Positions 61,417 through 64,000 of a DNA stretch of 64,000 nt are shown piece after piece. Both the position numbers and the translations under genes were made by a program. How positions within the stretch are numbered: the stretch's first letter is position 1; every line of letters begins with the position of its first letter. This stretch comes from Candidatus Oxydemutatoraceae bacterium (GTDB lineage Bacteria; Pseudomonadota; Gammaproteobacteria; Poriferisulfidales; Oxydemutatoraceae), in contig OZ244717.1 in assembly GCA_965218975.1 (NCBI GenBank), forward strand, positions 1,280,001-1,344,000. Direction: 5' to 3'. The notes under the pieces are model-generated. The model did no database searches and was not told the origin of the DNA. It saw only the letters and a program-made list of their open reading frames with translations.

Positions 61417-62145
61417 ATGGGCACATTGGTTGAAGCGGATAATGTTGTAGTCATTCGACAAGGAACGACTATACTCAAGAATGTATCTCTTACTATCGGT
61501 GAGAGAGATTTTATTACCATTATAGGGCCGAACGGCGCGGGTAAATCTATGTTACTGCAGTGTTTGATGGGCTTTTATAAGCCTGATAGCGGTTTAGTTA
61601 CCCGTAGAAAAGATTTAAAAATCGGCTATGTGCCGCAGTGCTTTACACCTGATCACACTATGCCTATTACGACAAAGCGATTTTTACGCATCCGTAAAAA
61701 GACTGATATTTTGAGCCTCAAAAAGATTTCCGAGGAAACAAATATCAAATATGTGCTTGAGAAGCCCCTTTCCGTGCTTTCAGGCGGTGAATTGCAACGT
61801 GTTCTGTTGGCGCGGAGTCTTTTGGATAAACCGAAATTGCTGGTGCTTGATGAACCGGCACAAAATCTCGACATTTCCAGCCAGCTTGCCTTCTACAAAC
61901 TTTTGGGACGCATCTACGATAAAAAAAAATTAAGTATTTTAATGGTATCGCATGATTTGCACATGGTGATGGCATCCACTAAGCAGGTGGTGTGCCTGTT
62001 TCATCATGTTTGTTGTTCCGGTGAACCGCAGGTAGTAACAAAAGATCCGGAATTTATTTCCTTGTTCGGCAATGATATGGCTAATATGATGGCAGTTTAT
62101 CAACATAGTCATCATCACCATCACGAGAGAGAAGGGGATGCTTGA
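61417..62145 (+). CDS. znuC: Zinc ABC transporter ATPase
   Basis: GPNGAGKS, LSGGELQR, LDEP, C-terminal His tract. Confidence 0.92.
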   Translation: MGTLVEADNVVVIRQGTTILKNVSLTIGERDFITIIGPNGAGKSMLLQCLMGFYKPDSGLVTRRKDLKIGYVPQCFTPDHTMPITTKRFLRIRKKTDILSLKKISEETNIKYVLEKPLSVLSGGELQRVLLARSLLDKPKLLVLDEPAQNLDISSQLAFYKLLGRIYDKKKLSILMVSHDLHMVMASTKQVVCLFHHVCCSGEPQVVTKDPEFISLFGNDMANMMAVYQHSHHHHHEREGDA

Positions 62146-62935
62146 CTCCTTTTTCCTTCGTGCGCTAGTCGCAGGGTTAGGCGTTGCGCTCATTGCAGGT
62201 GTTATGGGTTGTTTTGTAGTGTGGCGGCGTATGGCCTATTTTGGAGATTCTTTAGCGCACAGTGCCTTCTTAGGGATTGCGTTGGGATTGACTACTGGCA
62301 TCAGCGCCAACCTTGGTACCGTGATTGTCTGTTCCGTTTTTGCCGTATTGCTATTGTGGCTACAGCATAAGAAGGTACTAACTACCGATACGTTGTTGGG
62401 AATTCTGGCGCATGCGGCTTTGTCTATAGGGATGGTGACCATTAGCGTATTAGAAGTGCGGTTTGATTTATATTCCTATCTTTTTGGAGACATTCTTACA
62501 GTAACAGCTGATGAATTGATGTGGGTTTTTAGTGGCGGTGCGTTAGTACTGATGATGCTTTTTATGAACTGGTCATCATTGGTGCTGATGACGATTCACG
62601 AGGATTTGGCCATGATCGAAAATGTCCGTACTTTTTTTACACACTTGCTGTTTATGTTTCTAATGACGGTTGTTGTCGCTGTTTCAATCCGTATTGTCGG
62701 TATTTTGCTTATTACCTCAATGCTGATTATTCCTGCAGCTACAGCCAGACAATTAGCGCGATCACCGGAAGGAATGGCTATTATTGCAACGTTTCTGGGT
62801 GTGATGGCGGTGATCGGAGGAATGTTTGGTTCCATGGCATTTGATACGCCTTCCGGGCCATCTATCGTGGTGGCCTCTGCCATACTCTTTACACTATTAT
62901 TTCCGCTTTCAAGGTTATTGGCGCAAAAAGTTTAG
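62138..62935 (+). CDS. znuB: Zinc ABC transporter permease
   Basis: RRMAYFGDSLAH, YLFGDIL, VGILLITSMLIIPAA. Confidence 0.92.
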   Translation: MLDSFFLRALVAGLGVALIAGVMGCFVVWRRMAYFGDSLAHSAFLGIALGLTTGISANLGTVIVCSVFAVLLLWLQHKKVLTTDTLLGILAHAALSIGMVTISVLEVRFDLYSYLFGDILTVTADELMWVFSGGALVLMMLFMNWSSLVLMTIHEDLAMIENVRTFFTHLLFMFLMTVVVAVSIRIVGILLITSMLIIPAATARQLARSPEGMAIIATFLGVMAVIGGMFGSMAFDTPSGPSIVVASAILFTLLFPLSRLLAQKV

Positions 62936-63188
62936 TAATCAACTGCGTCTAATCCCAAGACGCGATGCGGAGTATGCACTTGGCGTTCGCACAAAAATCA
63001 TTCGGTTGGCGCTGCTTTGGTTTTATGGACTCTTGTGTTGCCATACATTGATGTACGATTCATCGTTACGCTTTTTGTTTGAGTGGTAAATTTCTCATGC
63101 GGTTCAATTTCGCCCTGCGGCATGATAAACGGCTGATTTGCCATTATGGCACCAAAATTTCATCCCAACGATTCCCGCTTGTTAGGGG

Positions 63189-64000
63189 TGTATAGTGCCG
63201 GATACATATGGGACTTACGGCACGACTCGAAAAGGTGATCGATATGCAATATCAGCACATCAGCCACCGCATCAAAGGTTTCTATATGAGCTTGTTTAAC
63301 TTCAAAAAGAGAGGCTGTTATGAACACAACAACTCAACAGAAATATGATGCCCTCATTTTGGGAGGGTTGTAACTCCCGAACGCATTCAAGGTCGGTCGC
63401 AGTACTTTGTACCGCTGGCGTCGGCGTTATCGCCGCACTGGCCTCAGCGCCTTGCATGACCGCGGCAAAGCGCCGCGCAAACGGCGTCGGATAAAATGCG
63501 CTGTATTCCGCAGCGGCTGAATGCCAAAGGACAAACAAAACGACCGTTTAAGCGCCGTTGCAGGGCACGCAAGCCGAAACACTTCAAAGCACAGTATCCG
63601 GGGGCATTGCATCGCCCTGGATACGATTGTGCGTTATTAGCACGGAGTGCGCCGCTACGTCTTAACGGCCATCAATGTCTATACCCGCATGGCAATAGCA
63701 ACGGCAACCAACCGCTGTAACAGCCGTAGTGCTGCCGCATTCCTGCGCCTGGCAGAATTTCGGCAGCAGTAAAGTCTTTGAGCTGATGAAACCATTTTGT
63801 GTTTGCTGCCGGATTGTCGGCAAAGTGCCTGTCGTCCATGACGAGACTGGGTTCTGTCAACAAGCCCCAGCCCCGACATCCTTGTCGGGTCGTTCACCGC
63901 TGAAAACCAATTGGTTTTCCGGGCACGTCTCACCCATGACGAGACTTGGTTCTGTCAATGAGCGCCAACCCCGACGTCCTTGTCGGGTCGTTCGCCGCTG
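63189..64000 (+). mobile_element. IS481-like relic with frameshifted transposase and downstream 98-bp repeats, running off the window
   Basis: TGT-starting left end; MQYQHISHRIKGFY, LYRWRRRY..GLSAL, PKHFKAQYPG.CIALDTI fragments. Confidence 0.75.
63836..64000. repeat. Two tandem copies (second truncated) of the 98-bp structured repeat, inverted relative to the 47.2 kb array
   Basis: CCATGACGAGAC...GTCTCACCC at 63836-63935; second copy starts at 63934. Confidence 0.88.

Overview
Gammaproteobacterial-type chromosome segment with four parts. (1) 1-15.7 kb is a decaying accessory/defence-like island: a TcmP + DUF5131 pair, a membrane protein, an IS110 relic, a Tle1/DUF2235 lipase, a broken protealysin with intact emfourin, a five-gene operon (unknown helical protein, TIR, Nmad2, MazG/MazG_C, uracil-DNA glycosylase) with multiple lesions, an orphan DNA methyltransferase and a YhaO/YhaN nuclease-ATPase pair. 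(2) 15.8-38.9 kb is housekeeping: rimP-nusA-infB-rbfA, RNase P RNA and the dcw cluster from mraZ to ftsZ. (3) 39.4-57.3 kb is the H4MPT/methylofuran formaldehyde-oxidation cluster (fhcBADC; mptG-mtdB-orfY-mch-orf5-orf7-fae), split by a 6.6 kb insert with a sulfotransferase-like pseudogene, catalase and an IS481-like relic interrupted by an IS1634-like element. (4) 57.5-64 kb holds queA-tgt, znuA/zur-znuCB and another IS481-like relic. The best candidate for an undescribed system is the TIR-Nmad2-MazG-UDG operon. A second notable signal is a hairpin-rich 98-bp tandem repeat that always lies downstream of the transposase in the IS481-like elements. All calls come from motif recognition by eye; no searches were run.
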